64,000 nt of DNA from assembly GCA_963711565.1 (NCBI GenBank), contig CAVQEQ010000004.1:1056001-1120000 (forward strand), read 5' to 3'. Of the stretch, positions 47,585 to 57,210 are shown piece after piece. The notes beneath the pieces are model-generated. The model was not told the DNA's origin and made no database searches. It saw nothing but the letters and a program-made list of their open reading frames with translations. Source of the stretch: an uncultured delta proteobacterium (lineage in GTDB: Bacteria > Desulfobacterota > Binatia > Binatales > Binataceae). Position numbers and translations under genes: made by a program. How positions within the stretch are numbered: position 1 is the stretch's first letter; every line of letters begins with the position of its first letter.

Positions 47585-48408
47585 TTCGCGACCTTCGCCA
47601 TGAAAGTCTCGACCGATCTGCCAAACGCTTTCTCGTCCGCATAGCGACCCAGGTCCAGGATGAAATAAGTCGCGCCGGCTTCCTTCTCGGCGGCCACCTT
47701 CGCGCGCGCTGCGGCGGTGTCATCGAGCCTGAATCCTCGACGCACGATGATCTCAGCAGGTTGGCGTCCCGCCGCACGCGCCCGTGCATTCAATTCTTCA
47801 ACTTTTGCCTTAAGTTCCGCCGCCGGCAGCATCGGATGCCACCCGTCGCCGAACTTCAGTGCGCGATTCATCGCAGCCGGCCCGTTGCCGCCAATCCAGA
47901 TAGGCGGGCGCTTGGGCCTCGGCAGAAATACAAACGATGGGAACTTCACCAACGGACTGTCGAAGGCGCCGGGGACGTCGGCGCTGAACAGATGATGAAT
48001 CACGCTCAGCGTCTCATCGGTAATCGCGCCGCGTTTGCGAAACTCGGCACCCAGCGCTGCGAACTCCGGCTTCATCCAGCCGACGCCGACGCCGAGAATC
48101 ATTCGCTCGCCCGAAAGTTCCTGGATCGTCGCGACCTGCTTCGCAGTCAACACGGCGGGCCGATAGGGCACGACCAGCACCGAAACGCCGAGCCGGATTT
48201 TCTCGGTCGCGCCGGCGATGAAGGCCAGCGTCGCGAGCACGTCGAGATAGCGGCCGCCACTACCTTCGGTCTGGTCGGGCGGAATACACAAATGGTCGGA
48301 GACGAAGAGCGCATCGAAGCCGGCCTGCTCCGCGATTCGTGCGCATGCGCGAATCGTCGCGCGGTTGGATTGCGGACCCATGTTGCGGATTGCGACTGCG
48401 AATTTCAT
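47581..48408 (-). CDS. LLM class (probably F420-dependent) oxidoreductase
   Basis: GFDALFVSDH, IRLGVSVLV.PYR, GVGVGW..EF, PPIWIGG. Confidence 0.88.
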   Translation of the reverse strand: MKFAVAIRNMGPQSNRATIRACARIAEQAGFDALFVSDHLCIPPDQTEGSGGRYLDVLATLAFIAGATEKIRLGVSVLVVPYRPAVLTAKQVATIQELSGERMILGVGVGWMKPEFAALGAEFRKRGAITDETLSVIHHLFSADVPGAFDSPLVKFPSFVFLPRPKRPPIWIGGNGPAAMNRALKFGDGWHPMLPAAELKAKVEELNARARAAGRQPAEIIVRRGFRLDDTAAARAKVAAEKEAGATYFILDLGRYADEKAFGRSVETFMAKVAN

Positions 48409-48503
48409 TGTTGTTTCTCCGGCGATATCACTGCCACGGAAAAAAGACTGGCAAGCGCGCGCGCATCCAGTCAAACTACTCGGCCACTGGAGGCGATAGA
48501 CGC

Positions 48504-49136
48504 GTGGGCCGTCCATCCGCGAAGCAGCGCAAGCCTTACAATCCCGACGCGATCCTCAACGTCGCCGTGCGCGTGTTCCGCGAGCGCGGCTACGACGGCA
48601 GCACGCTCGACAACGTCGCGCGCGCGGCTGGCATCACCAAGGCCAGCATCTACTATCACGTACGCGGCAAGGAAGAGCTGCTGGCGCGCGGCGTCGGCCG
48701 CGCGCTCGACGCGCTGTTCGCCGTGCTCGACGAGCGGCCCGCAAAGCGGGGCCGCGCCGCGGCGCGTCTCAGATACATCGTACATCGCACGATCGAGGCC
48801 ACCGTCGATCAATTGCCCGAGGTGGCGCTGCTGCTGCGCGTCCGCGGCAATACTGCCGTCGAACGGCGCATCATGGAACGAAGGCGCGCGTTCGACCATC
48901 TGATTGCGCGATTGATGCGCAATGCGCAGCGCCAGGGCGATCTGCGCGCCAACGTCGAGCCGCGGCTCGCGACGCGCCTGCTGTTCGGGATGCTCAATTC
49001 GGTAACGGAATGGTACCGCCCCGGCGGCGACCTGGACGCACCCGAAATAGCGGAGGCGATATTCCGGATGGCATTCGAGGGGATGGAGCAGGGCGCCCAC
49101 CACCGCGTTTTGACAAATCAACCAAATGGTAGGTAA
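48504..49136 (+). CDS. TetR family regulator (PaaR-like)
   Basis: ERGYDGST..AGITKASIYYHVRGKEELL; LLRVRGNT..RRRAFD; LFGMLNSVTEWYRP. Confidence 0.85.
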   Translation: MGRPSAKQRKPYNPDAILNVAVRVFRERGYDGSTLDNVARAAGITKASIYYHVRGKEELLARGVGRALDALFAVLDERPAKRGRAAARLRYIVHRTIEATVDQLPEVALLLRVRGNTAVERRIMERRRAFDHLIARLMRNAQRQGDLRANVEPRLATRLLFGMLNSVTEWYRPGGDLDAPEIAEAIFRMAFEGMEQGAHHRVLTNQPNGR

Positions 49137-49139
49137 ATT
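49110..49139 (+). promoter_or_regulatory. Sigma70 promoter (TTGACA-18-TAAATT) containing a PaaR-like operator ACCAA-ATGG-TAGGT
   Basis: Located at the end of the TetR gene, just before the AGGAG RBS of the diiron protein; resembles ACCGA-n4-TCGGT. Confidence 0.6.
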
Positions 49140-49159
49140 AGATCAGGAGACAAAACGCG

Positions 49160-50182
49160 ATGAACGAATTCGAAATCCCGGAGGGCGGCCTGGTCGAGGC
49201 GCCTGCCGTTGCGCAACCGAATATCTTTCCCATCGAATGGCGATGCGAGACGCCCAAGCTCGCCGAGATTTACGAGCGCGCAAAGCGGGAAGGTTTCAAT
49301 CCCGCGGATATCAACTGGAGCGAGCTGTCACCCGAGGCGTGGAGCGACGACGAGAAGGTCGCGATCATGTACTGGTGGGCTCTCCTGTCCAACTTCGATT
49401 CGTCGGGACCGGCGGTCTTTGCGCGCGCGACGATTCATGCCTGGGAGATGCACGAGGAAGACCCGGTCCGCAAATGCTTTTTCTCGATCACGCGTGACGA
49501 GACCAATCACGAGGAAACCTGTCAGCGCGTGATCCAGCGCCTGGTGCCGAACGGCCCGCAAGGTTTCACGCCCAAAAGCGAGCTGCAGCGCGTCGCGCTC
49601 AACAATATCGGTTGGCTCTACCATAACGGCGGCCGCTACTGGACCGGCTACAACCGCGCGATCGATCGTTATCCGCTCGCCGTGATCTTCACCTCGTTCA
49701 TGATGGGCGAAGTGGCATCATCGACGCTGTTCCACGGCATGGCGCACGCCACGACGCATCCGGTGTTCCGCGATATCTTCACCAAAATCGGCCGCGACGA
49801 AGCGCGTCATCTGCAGATTTGCATCAACCTGCTCGAGAAGGAGTGGCCGGGACTCACCGACGAGCACAAAACCTTTATCACCAAGCAGCTCCGCGCCGGC
49901 TTCGTCTTCCTCTCGATGGTGCTCTGGGAGCCGCCGGCGCAGTTCTGGGATTTGCCCGGATATTTTTTGCACAACCATCGCATCTTGCTGCGAACCGCGC
50001 GCGAGGCTGGCCTCGGAGTTCTGACGTTCGAGCAACAGGCCGACAACTGGCGCCTTGCGATCGCGCGCGTCCGCAAACTGGTCGAGCGCTGGGACATCCA
50101 GTTCCCCGCGATTCCCGAACTTGATATTGAGGGTGTTGACGTCGGCGATATCACCGCCGACGACATCATCCCCGTGTTCTAG
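49160..50182 (+). CDS. Ferritin-like diiron-carboxylate protein (putative oxygenase/desaturase)
   Basis: Two ExxH motifs (DETNH, DEARH) with upstream acidic ligands (NFD, MGE). Confidence 0.75.
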   Translation: MNEFEIPEGGLVEAPAVAQPNIFPIEWRCETPKLAEIYERAKREGFNPADINWSELSPEAWSDDEKVAIMYWWALLSNFDSSGPAVFARATIHAWEMHEEDPVRKCFFSITRDETNHEETCQRVIQRLVPNGPQGFTPKSELQRVALNNIGWLYHNGGRYWTGYNRAIDRYPLAVIFTSFMMGEVASSTLFHGMAHATTHPVFRDIFTKIGRDEARHLQICINLLEKEWPGLTDEHKTFITKQLRAGFVFLSMVLWEPPAQFWDLPGYFLHNHRILLRTAREAGLGVLTFEQQADNWRLAIARVRKLVERWDIQFPAIPELDIEGVDVGDITADDIIPVF

Positions 50183-50202
50183 CAGACTCAGAGGCGATCA
50201 AT

Positions 50203-50975
50203 ATGAGCGTCGATTTGTCGGTCGATAACGGTCTCGCCGAAATTGTTCTCAACCGGCCCGACAAGATGAACGCGTTGAGCGACGCGATGGTGGCCGAGTT
50301 GAACGGATGCGTCGAGCGCGCCGCCTCGCAGGGCGTTCGCGCGATGATGATTCGCGGCGAAGGACCGGCGTTCTGCGCCGGCCGCGATCTCGCCGATGCG
50401 CACCCCGGCGACGAAGACGCCGAAGCGATAATCGAGACGACGTTCAACCCGCTGATGAAGCGAATCGTCGCGTTCCCCGCGCCGACATTCGCCGCCGTTC
50501 ACGGCGCGTGCCTGGAGCCGGCCTGGGAATCGCCCTCGGATGCGACGTGGTCTATATTGCCGACGACGCGAAAATCGGTTCACCGTTTGCGCGCATCGGC
50601 GCGGTGCTGGACTCCGGCGGCCATTCGTTTTTCGTCTCGCGCCTCGGGACGCATCGCGCGCTCGAACTGATCTACACGGGACGATTGCTCTCAGGTATCG
50701 AAGCGGCGCAACTCGGACTCGTCAATCGAAGCATGCCGAAGGATTCGCTCATCGCAGAGACGCGTAAAGTTGCGGCGCAGGTGGCGCAAGGTCCCACCGC
50801 TGCGTTCATGCAATCGAAGCGCCTCGTGCGCAGGATCGATGAAGAGGCGATGGGCTTGTTCGCGGTTCTGAAATGCGAAGCGCAGGCGCAAGGCGCGGCG
50901 GGCCGCACTGCCGACTACAAGGAAGGTATCTCGGCCTTCCAGCAAAAGCGCGCGCCGAAGTTCGTCGGGAAGTAG
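50203..50975 (+). CDS. Enoyl-CoA hydratase/isomerase (PaaG-like), frameshifted at ~50514
   Basis: LNRPDKMNAL, FCAGRDL, AAVHGAC|GAGLGIALGCD, DSGG, DYKEGISAF. Confidence 0.85.
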
Positions 50976-51028
50976 AAAGAGCGAAGGGCAGGCTTCGACC
51001 CGAGGCGTATTTCGGCGGATACTGAGGC

Positions 51029-51301
51029 TTGGAGAAAAACCTCGTGGAAGAAAAAATCAAAGTTGGATTCCAGGCTTACGTTTCCGACGGAGGCGAGGAG
51101 TTCGGCGCGGTTCGCCAGGTGTCGCCGGGCGGACGCCCCGAGCTGGTGATCTACGTCGAGAATGCCGGCGACTTCACGGTCCCGCTCAGCGCCGTCGAGG
51201 CGGTGCATTCCGAGAAGGTTGTGCTGAATTGCGCCAAGCTCGATCGCAAGCTGCGGCATGCAATTGGCCACGCGCATGACGCCGAAAAGCCCGGCGCTTG
51301 A
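51029..51301 (+). CDS. Small hypothetical protein (PRC-barrel-like)
   Basis: Well-formed 90-aa ORF: DGGEEFGAVR..VENAGDFTVPLSAV..HAHDAE. Confidence 0.6.
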   Translation: MEKNLVEEKIKVGFQAYVSDGGEEFGAVRQVSPGGRPELVIYVENAGDFTVPLSAVEAVHSEKVVLNCAKLDRKLRHAIGHAHDAEKPGA

Positions 51302-51318
51302 TGCTCGCAGATAGCAGG

Positions 51319-52434
51319 TCACCCCGCGGCGGCTGATGACGGGATCGGCGCTGGATCTACCAGCGGCGCGGTGTTCCACTTCTTCAGCTCGGGCAGCACG
51401 TACTTGGCAAAGCACTTGATGCTGCGCTCCGCATCTTCATAAGGCATCCCGCCGAAACTGAAATTGAAAAACACTCCGTTAGCGTCGATCGTGTCGCGAA
51501 TGAACGCGCACTTCTCGAGCACCTGGTCCGGCGTGCCCCACGGCATCAGCATCGCGAAGTCGCGCGCGGCAACGTCGGGGCCGGTCTTTTTGATGAACTT
51601 GCTGACGTTGCTGTAGAACTCGTAGCTCTTCTTGGTGCCGAATTCCGGCGACATCATCTCGTAATGCTTCATGACGGTGTGGTAGTTCGCCGCGATCCAT
51701 TTCATCGCCATCTCTTCGGCGCGCTCCTTGTTCTCGTTGACGACGCAGAAGCCGCCGGAAATCGGCTTGGGTATTGGCGCCGTGCCATTAACCTCGCGCC
51801 AGACCTTGTGATAGACCTCGAAATCCTTCGTGACGGCGTCCCACGGCTTTTGCGGAATCACCAGCAGACCGACGCCCAGCTTCGCCATTATCGGCATCGA
51901 CTCGGGCGAGACGGCGGCGGCGTAGGTGCGGCCCTTGAATGAGCGCGCGGGGCGCGGACGAATCTCGCGGCGCGGCTGACGCGTGAATTTCCCGCCTTCC
52001 ATGTAACCGTTCTCGAGTGCGTTCAAAACCAGCTCTGCGTATTCGACGAACAGGTTGCGGCCTTCGTTCTGGTCGAGGCGAAAACCGTCGTACTCGATCC
52101 TCGCCAGGCCGCGCCCGAGGCCTAGGATGACGCGGCCGTTGGAAACGTGATCGAGTAGCGCGACCTGCTCCGCGACGCGGATCGGATCGTGCCACGGCAG
52201 CACGACGACGCCCGAGCCGAGCTTCACATGCGAGGTGCGGCCGGCCATGTAGGAGAGGAATTGCAGCACGTCGGGGCACATCGTGTAGTCGTCGAAGTGA
52301 TGCTCGACCGACCAGATGGAATCGAAGCCAAGCGGCTCGGCCATCTCGGCGAGGCGCAGCTCGTTGCGATAAACCTCGGCGTCAGGAAGTGCGTTGTTGG
52401 GATTCTGGAAAACCGCTCCGTAGCCAACATGCAT
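51319..52434 (-). CDS. LLM class flavin-dependent oxidoreductase
   Basis: AEPLGFDSIWSVEHHF, LPWHDPIRVAE, GRVILGLGRG, GTPDQV. Confidence 0.92.
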   Translation of the reverse strand: MHVGYGAVFQNPNNALPDAEVYRNELRLAEMAEPLGFDSIWSVEHHFDDYTMCPDVLQFLSYMAGRTSHVKLGSGVVVLPWHDPIRVAEQVALLDHVSNGRVILGLGRGLARIEYDGFRLDQNEGRNLFVEYAELVLNALENGYMEGGKFTRQPRREIRPRPARSFKGRTYAAAVSPESMPIMAKLGVGLLVIPQKPWDAVTKDFEVYHKVWREVNGTAPIPKPISGGFCVVNENKERAEEMAMKWIAANYHTVMKHYEMMSPEFGTKKSYEFYSNVSKFIKKTGPDVAARDFAMLMPWGTPDQVLEKCAFIRDTIDANGVFFNFSFGGMPYEDAERSIKCFAKYVLPELKKWNTAPLVDPAPIPSSAAAG

Positions 52435-52537
52435 AACGAACAATCCTCCTGGGCTGGATCGGCAGGCTCATAAAGAGTCATAGACCGCGCCAATCGAGAA
52501 GTACAGGATTTCTCTATCACATAGACGGATCGAGAGA

Positions 52538-53680
52538 GTGCACCGATCGGTTTATCCAAACTCGCGATCGTGCTCAAATGCATCCGCTGTGCCTGATCTC
52601 AACGCGCCGACCAACGCCACGTCCCCGCAGCCTGTCACGCCACAAGGCGTCGTGATGGGGCCGACGCAGGCCTCGCTGTTTATGGTCGTCATGATCGACT
52701 CGCGTCCCGACAGCGCGATGGCAGTCCGTGCGATGTGTCCCGGCCTGGCAGCGCTGATTCGCGCGGTCGGATTTCGCGATACTGCCGCGGGCCTCTCGTG
52801 CGTGATGAGCTTTGGGTCGGCGGCGTGGGACCGGCTTTTCGGAGATCCGCGGCCGGCAGGTCTGCATCCGTTCCGCGAGATTAACGGTGGATCGCGCAAG
52901 GCGGTATCGACTCCGGGCGACGTGCTCTTCCATATCCGTTCCTCGCGCCCGGACTTCTGCTTCGAGCTCGCGACGCAGATCATGTTGGCGCTCGGCGACG
53001 CGGTTTCCGTCGAAGACGAAGTCCACGCCTTCAGCTATTTTGACAACCGCGATCTCTTGGGCTTCGTCGATGGCACCGAGAATCCGGTCAACCGCGAGGC
53101 GCTCGACGCCGTCCTGATCCGCGACGAGGATCCCGCGTTCGAGTGCGGCAGCTATGTTATCGTTCAGAAGTACGTACACGATCTGCCGGGATGGAACGCG
53201 CTGCCGACCGAGGTCCAGGAGCGAATCATCGGCCGCACCAAGGTCACGGACATCGAATTGGACGACGCCGTCAAACCGATCTCCGCGCATAACGCGCTTA
53301 ACACCATCGTTGAAGACGGAGTCGAGAAGAAGATCTTCCGCGCCAACGGTATCTTTGGCCGTCCGGGGCAGGGCGAGTTCGGCACCTATTTCATCGGCTA
53401 TGCGCGCTCGCCGCGGATTATCGAGCAGATGCTCGAGAACATGTTCGTCGGGCGGCCGCCGGGCAACTATGATCGTATTCTTGATTTCAGCCAGGCTGTC
53501 ACCGGCTCGTTGTTTTTTGCTCCGTCGGCCTCGTTCCTCGACGGCGTGACACCAACCGGGACAGCAGCGGCAGCCGCTGCTTCCGTCCCCGCTCAGAAAG
53601 GCTCTTCACCTGATACCGGGTGCGCGCGCGATGGCTCGCTCGGCATCGGTTCCCTGAAAGGAGAATCGCGCGATGAATAA
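52538..53680 (+). CDS. DyP-type peroxidase with encapsulin cargo-loading peptide (start may be the GTG at 52589)
   Basis: GFVDGTEN, QERIIGRTK, proximal H (SAHN), C-terminal DGSLGIGSLKG. Confidence 0.93.
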   Translation: MHRSVYPNSRSCSNASAVPDLNAPTNATSPQPVTPQGVVMGPTQASLFMVVMIDSRPDSAMAVRAMCPGLAALIRAVGFRDTAAGLSCVMSFGSAAWDRLFGDPRPAGLHPFREINGGSRKAVSTPGDVLFHIRSSRPDFCFELATQIMLALGDAVSVEDEVHAFSYFDNRDLLGFVDGTENPVNREALDAVLIRDEDPAFECGSYVIVQKYVHDLPGWNALPTEVQERIIGRTKVTDIELDDAVKPISAHNALNTIVEDGVEKKIFRANGIFGRPGQGEFGTYFIGYARSPRIIEQMLENMFVGRPPGNYDRILDFSQAVTGSLFFAPSASFLDGVTPTGTAAAAAASVPAQKGSSPDTGCARDGSLGIGSLKGESRDE

Positions 53681-54482
53681 TCTGCACCGCGAGCTTGCCC
53701 CAATCTCTGACGGCGCGTGGGCTCAAATCGAAGAAGAAGCGCAGCGCACGCTGAAACGGTACTTGGCAGGGCGGCGGGTCGTCGATGTCAAAGGTCCGCG
53801 CGGCGCCATGTTGTCGGCGGTCGGCACCGGCCATCTCAGCAATCTCGAGGCGCCGGGCGCGGGCATCATCGCGCGGCAGCGCAAAGTCAAGGCGCTGGTC
53901 GAGCTGCGCGTGCCGTTCCAGTTGGAGCGCCAGGCGATCGACGACGTCGACCGCGGCGCGAATGATGCGGACTGGCAACCGCTGAAAGACGCCGCGAAGC
54001 GGATCGCATTCGCCGAAGACCGCGCGATCTTCGAAGGTTATGCCGCCGCCGGAATCGAAGGCGTCCGGCAGGGAACCAGCAACAAAATTGCGGCGCTGCC
54101 CAGCGACCCGTCTCATTACCCCGACGCCGTCGCGGAGGCGCTCAGCCAGTTGCGCCTCGCCGGCGTCAACGGACCGTATTCGGTGGTGATGGGCGCGGAT
54201 GCGTACACGGCGCTGAGCGAGGCGAGCGATCACGGCTATCCTGTAATCCAGCACATCCAGCGGCTGGTCAACGAGGAAATCATCTTCGCCCCAGCGATTG
54301 CCGGAGCGTTCGTGTTGACCACGCGCGGTGGTGACTTCGAACTGCATCTCGGCCAGGACGTTTCGATCGGCTATTGGAGCCACGACGATAAGAACGTCAA
54401 CCTGTACCTGCAAGAATCGCTGACCTTCCTGCTGTTGACCGCAGAGGCCGCAGTAGCGCTCAAACCCGCCTCGCGGAAGTAG
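53673..54482 (+). CDS. Family 1 encapsulin shell protein (linocin M18 type)
   Basis: MNNLHRELAPIS..W..IEEEA, GRRVVD, RGGDFELHLGQDVSIGY. Confidence 0.95.
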   Translation: MNNLHRELAPISDGAWAQIEEEAQRTLKRYLAGRRVVDVKGPRGAMLSAVGTGHLSNLEAPGAGIIARQRKVKALVELRVPFQLERQAIDDVDRGANDADWQPLKDAAKRIAFAEDRAIFEGYAAAGIEGVRQGTSNKIAALPSDPSHYPDAVAEALSQLRLAGVNGPYSVVMGADAYTALSEASDHGYPVIQHIQRLVNEEIIFAPAIAGAFVLTTRGGDFELHLGQDVSIGYWSHDDKNVNLYLQESLTFLLLTAEAAVALKPASRK

Positions 54483-54514
54483 CGGAAATCGGCGGGTGTT
54501 CCGGCTGGCCAGGA

Positions 54515-55459
54515 TCACAGTTTATAGCGGTACCCGTTCGAGCGAGCTGCGAGACCGAACTCTTGTGCCACCTCGGCCAGGGTTTCGGGACAGAAATAGT
54601 AGTAGCGGAATCCGGTGATGCGGCCGTCGTGTTCCCCGAATCGAAGTACGTCGCCGACTCGATCTTTGCCCTCGTTGCAATAGAAGAGCAGTACGATCTG
54701 CTCGCCCACGAGCTCCCGGCGCTCGGCCTGGCGCAAATCGTCCGCGTCGACGAACAGCGTATGATACAGACTTCCGCCCTTGCGGCCGATTACTTCCTGC
54801 CCATGCTCGAGCGAAAGCCCGACGATTTCGACCGTCGCGTCCTCCAGCATTAGCGCTACCATCCCGTTTAGATCGCGTGCGTTGAATCGCTCGACGAATC
54901 GATCGAGCAGAGCTGCGCTCGGACCTCCCGCGTTCCGGGTTTTCGAATCCGATCCCGCCTTGCTATCCGAGAGTCTCTTACGCCCGCGATGAAGAGCGGC
55001 CTTCACCGCGCCGACCGACGTTTCCAGCGCCAGTGCCGCCTCTTCGAGCGTCAGGTCGAAAACGTCCTTGAGCAGGACTGCCGCGCGCTCCTGGGGCGGC
55101 AGAGAGCTAACCAGGTGCGACGCCGCATCGCGCAGTTCGCGCGGAAATGGGGTGTCGGCAGTTTCTGTTTCGGGCACGACGTTGGTCTCCGTCTTGCGCA
55201 CTCCGCGGAACCTGTCGATCCAGAGGTTGCTCGCGACACGGAACAGGTAGGCGCGCGGGTTTTCGATCGGATCGTGAATCTCGGCGAAGCGGACGAATGT
55301 GCGGACCAGCGTTTCCTGCACCAAATCTTCCGCGTCCCAGATTGTGCCGGTCAGTCCCCGGCAATATCGATACAGTTCGGGCCGCACGGACTCGGTCCGG
55401 TCGATAAATTCGTGCCAGGCCTTGCGAATCTGATCGGTGAAATCGCGTGAGATTTGCAC
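54515..55459 (-). CDS. ECF sigma factor with C-terminal SnoaL-like extension
   Basis: DAEDLVQET, YLFRVASN, LPPQERAAVLL..GAVKAALHRGR; LLDRFVERFNARDL..LEDAT. Confidence 0.88.
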   Translation of the reverse strand: MQISRDFTDQIRKAWHEFIDRTESVRPELYRYCRGLTGTIWDAEDLVQETLVRTFVRFAEIHDPIENPRAYLFRVASNLWIDRFRGVRKTETNVVPETETADTPFPRELRDAASHLVSSLPPQERAAVLLKDVFDLTLEEAALALETSVGAVKAALHRGRKRLSDSKAGSDSKTRNAGGPSAALLDRFVERFNARDLNGMVALMLEDATVEIVGLSLEHGQEVIGRKGGSLYHTLFVDADDLRQAERRELVGEQIVLLFYCNEGKDRVGDVLRFGEHDGRITGFRYYYFCPETLAEVAQEFGLAARSNGYRYKL

Positions 55460-55560
55460 AGTTCGTTCTCCTGAAGCGATTGCTTCTATAGTGACGACGA
55501 TTGAGCAGTGCGAAAAGATACGGGCTTGAGTCGAGGGCGTCGAAGGCCTGAGCCAGATGC

Positions 55561-57210
55561 TCAGGCGCGGCGGCTTCGTGATTCGGCGAGGCGGCGGGCG
55601 GCTTCGCCGATCGCGCCTGCGCGATGCCATCGCGAGTATTCCTCGACGGTCAGGCCGTGCGCGAGTTCTAATGCTACGGACAGTCCTGCGAGCACGAAGA
55701 CTTCGCCGAGCACGCTGATGCGCGGGGCGAGTCCCAGGCCGCCGCCCTCGTTGGGGACGGGGACATGGATGACGAGGTCGGCGAGTTGCGCGAGGCTCGA
55801 GTCCTTGTTGCCGGTGATCGCGATTAACTGCGCGCCCTGCTCGCGGATGGCGGTCGCGGTCGAGAGTAATTCGTCGGTGCTGCCGCTGTTGGAAATCGCG
55901 ATGACGATGTCGCGCGGATGCACTTGGCCGAGGCTGCCGTGCAGAGTCTCAGTCGCGTGCAGAAATGTCGCGGGCGTTCCGACCGAGCAGAATACGCTGG
56001 CGGCATAACGCGCGACGTGCTCGGGCTTGCCGACTCCTGTCACGTGGACGCGCCCGCCGCGGCCGAGCGCGGTGCGGATTATCTCGACGGTGCGCGAGAT
56101 GGCGGTGATGTTCAAACCGCCGCGCAATTCAGCTAGCTCGGCGAGGGCGAGGTCGAAAAACTTTTCTACTTCGCCGGTCGAGTCGCCGATAGCAGCTGCG
56201 CGCGGCTCAGCGTCGACACGCGGAGTCGGCAGCGCGAGCTGCTCTGCATAGAGGTCGAGAATTTCCTCACGCACATCGAAGCCTGACGGAAATGCGCCGA
56301 GCCGCGTGACCGCGACTGCGCCGGCTGCATTGGCGAGCCGCCCAATCTTGTCCCACGGCATCCCGAGACGAAGGCCGGCGCAAATGCCCGCGAGGAACGC
56401 GTCGCCCGCGCCGGTGGAATCTACTTGCTTGACCTTGAAGGCGGGCACGCGAATAGAAGTGTCCCGCGCCGCGATCGAGCATCCCTTGTCGCCCTCGGTG
56501 ATGATGACGGCGCGATTGCCGTACTTGGCGCGAATCGCGTCGGCGATCTTCAGCGGGTCGCGGCCGTTGCCGGCGATTTCGCGCGCTGCGGCTTTCGAGG
56601 GCTTGAGCCAGGTCGCGAGCTTCAGCGCGCGTTCGAGTTCCGCGCGCGTGCCGAGCGATCCGATCGCGTCGGACGGCGGTACGTCAACGTCGAGAATCGT
56701 CGGAATCGAATGCGTGCGCGCGAACAGCAGTATCGCGAGCACGGTGCGCAGCGGCAGCTGCGAAATCTCGGTCGAAACGAGATTGGCGCGGCGGATGAAC
56801 GCGCCGTGGCGGTTGCGAACCTCGGCCGGCGTGAGCTCGCCGGTCGCCCCGCGCGCCATGTAGATGGCGCGATCGCCGTTGGCGTCGACAAAGATCGTCG
56901 CGAACGCGCTGGCGGTCCCGTCGAAGGTCAGGTGATGGCGAATGCCGAGGCGATCCATCCCGTCGCGCAGAAACTCGCCGTTGCGGTCGTCGCCCATCTT
57001 GCCGAAGATGCCGGTCTTCAGCCCGAGGATTCTGCCCCAGCCGAGATGGTTCAACACGAGACCGCCGACCTGCGTGCGTTCGATCGCGGCGCTCGCCGTA
57101 TGCGCGCGGAGCAGGATTTTTTCATCGGCGCGGATAATCCGCGGCGTGCGGTAGAACAGGTCAACGACCATGCTGCCGCATCCGACGACGTCGAGTTTTT
57201 CTTCAGCCAT
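55561..57210 (-). CDS. PfkB family sugar kinase fused to a KpsF/GutQ-like SIS isomerase domain
   Basis: DSTGAGDAF; TGVGKPEHVA..GTPATFLHATETLHGSLG..AISNSGSTDE; no CBS domains. Confidence 0.88.
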   Translation of the reverse strand: MAEEKLDVVGCGSMVVDLFYRTPRIIRADEKILLRAHTASAAIERTQVGGLVLNHLGWGRILGLKTGIFGKMGDDRNGEFLRDGMDRLGIRHHLTFDGTASAFATIFVDANGDRAIYMARGATGELTPAEVRNRHGAFIRRANLVSTEISQLPLRTVLAILLFARTHSIPTILDVDVPPSDAIGSLGTRAELERALKLATWLKPSKAAAREIAGNGRDPLKIADAIRAKYGNRAVIITEGDKGCSIAARDTSIRVPAFKVKQVDSTGAGDAFLAGICAGLRLGMPWDKIGRLANAAGAVAVTRLGAFPSGFDVREEILDLYAEQLALPTPRVDAEPRAAAIGDSTGEVEKFFDLALAELAELRGGLNITAISRTVEIIRTALGRGGRVHVTGVGKPEHVARYAASVFCSVGTPATFLHATETLHGSLGQVHPRDIVIAISNSGSTDELLSTATAIREQGAQLIAITGNKDSSLAQLADLVIHVPVPNEGGGLGLAPRISVLGEVFVLAGLSVALELAHGLTVEEYSRWHRAGAIGEAARRLAESRSRRA

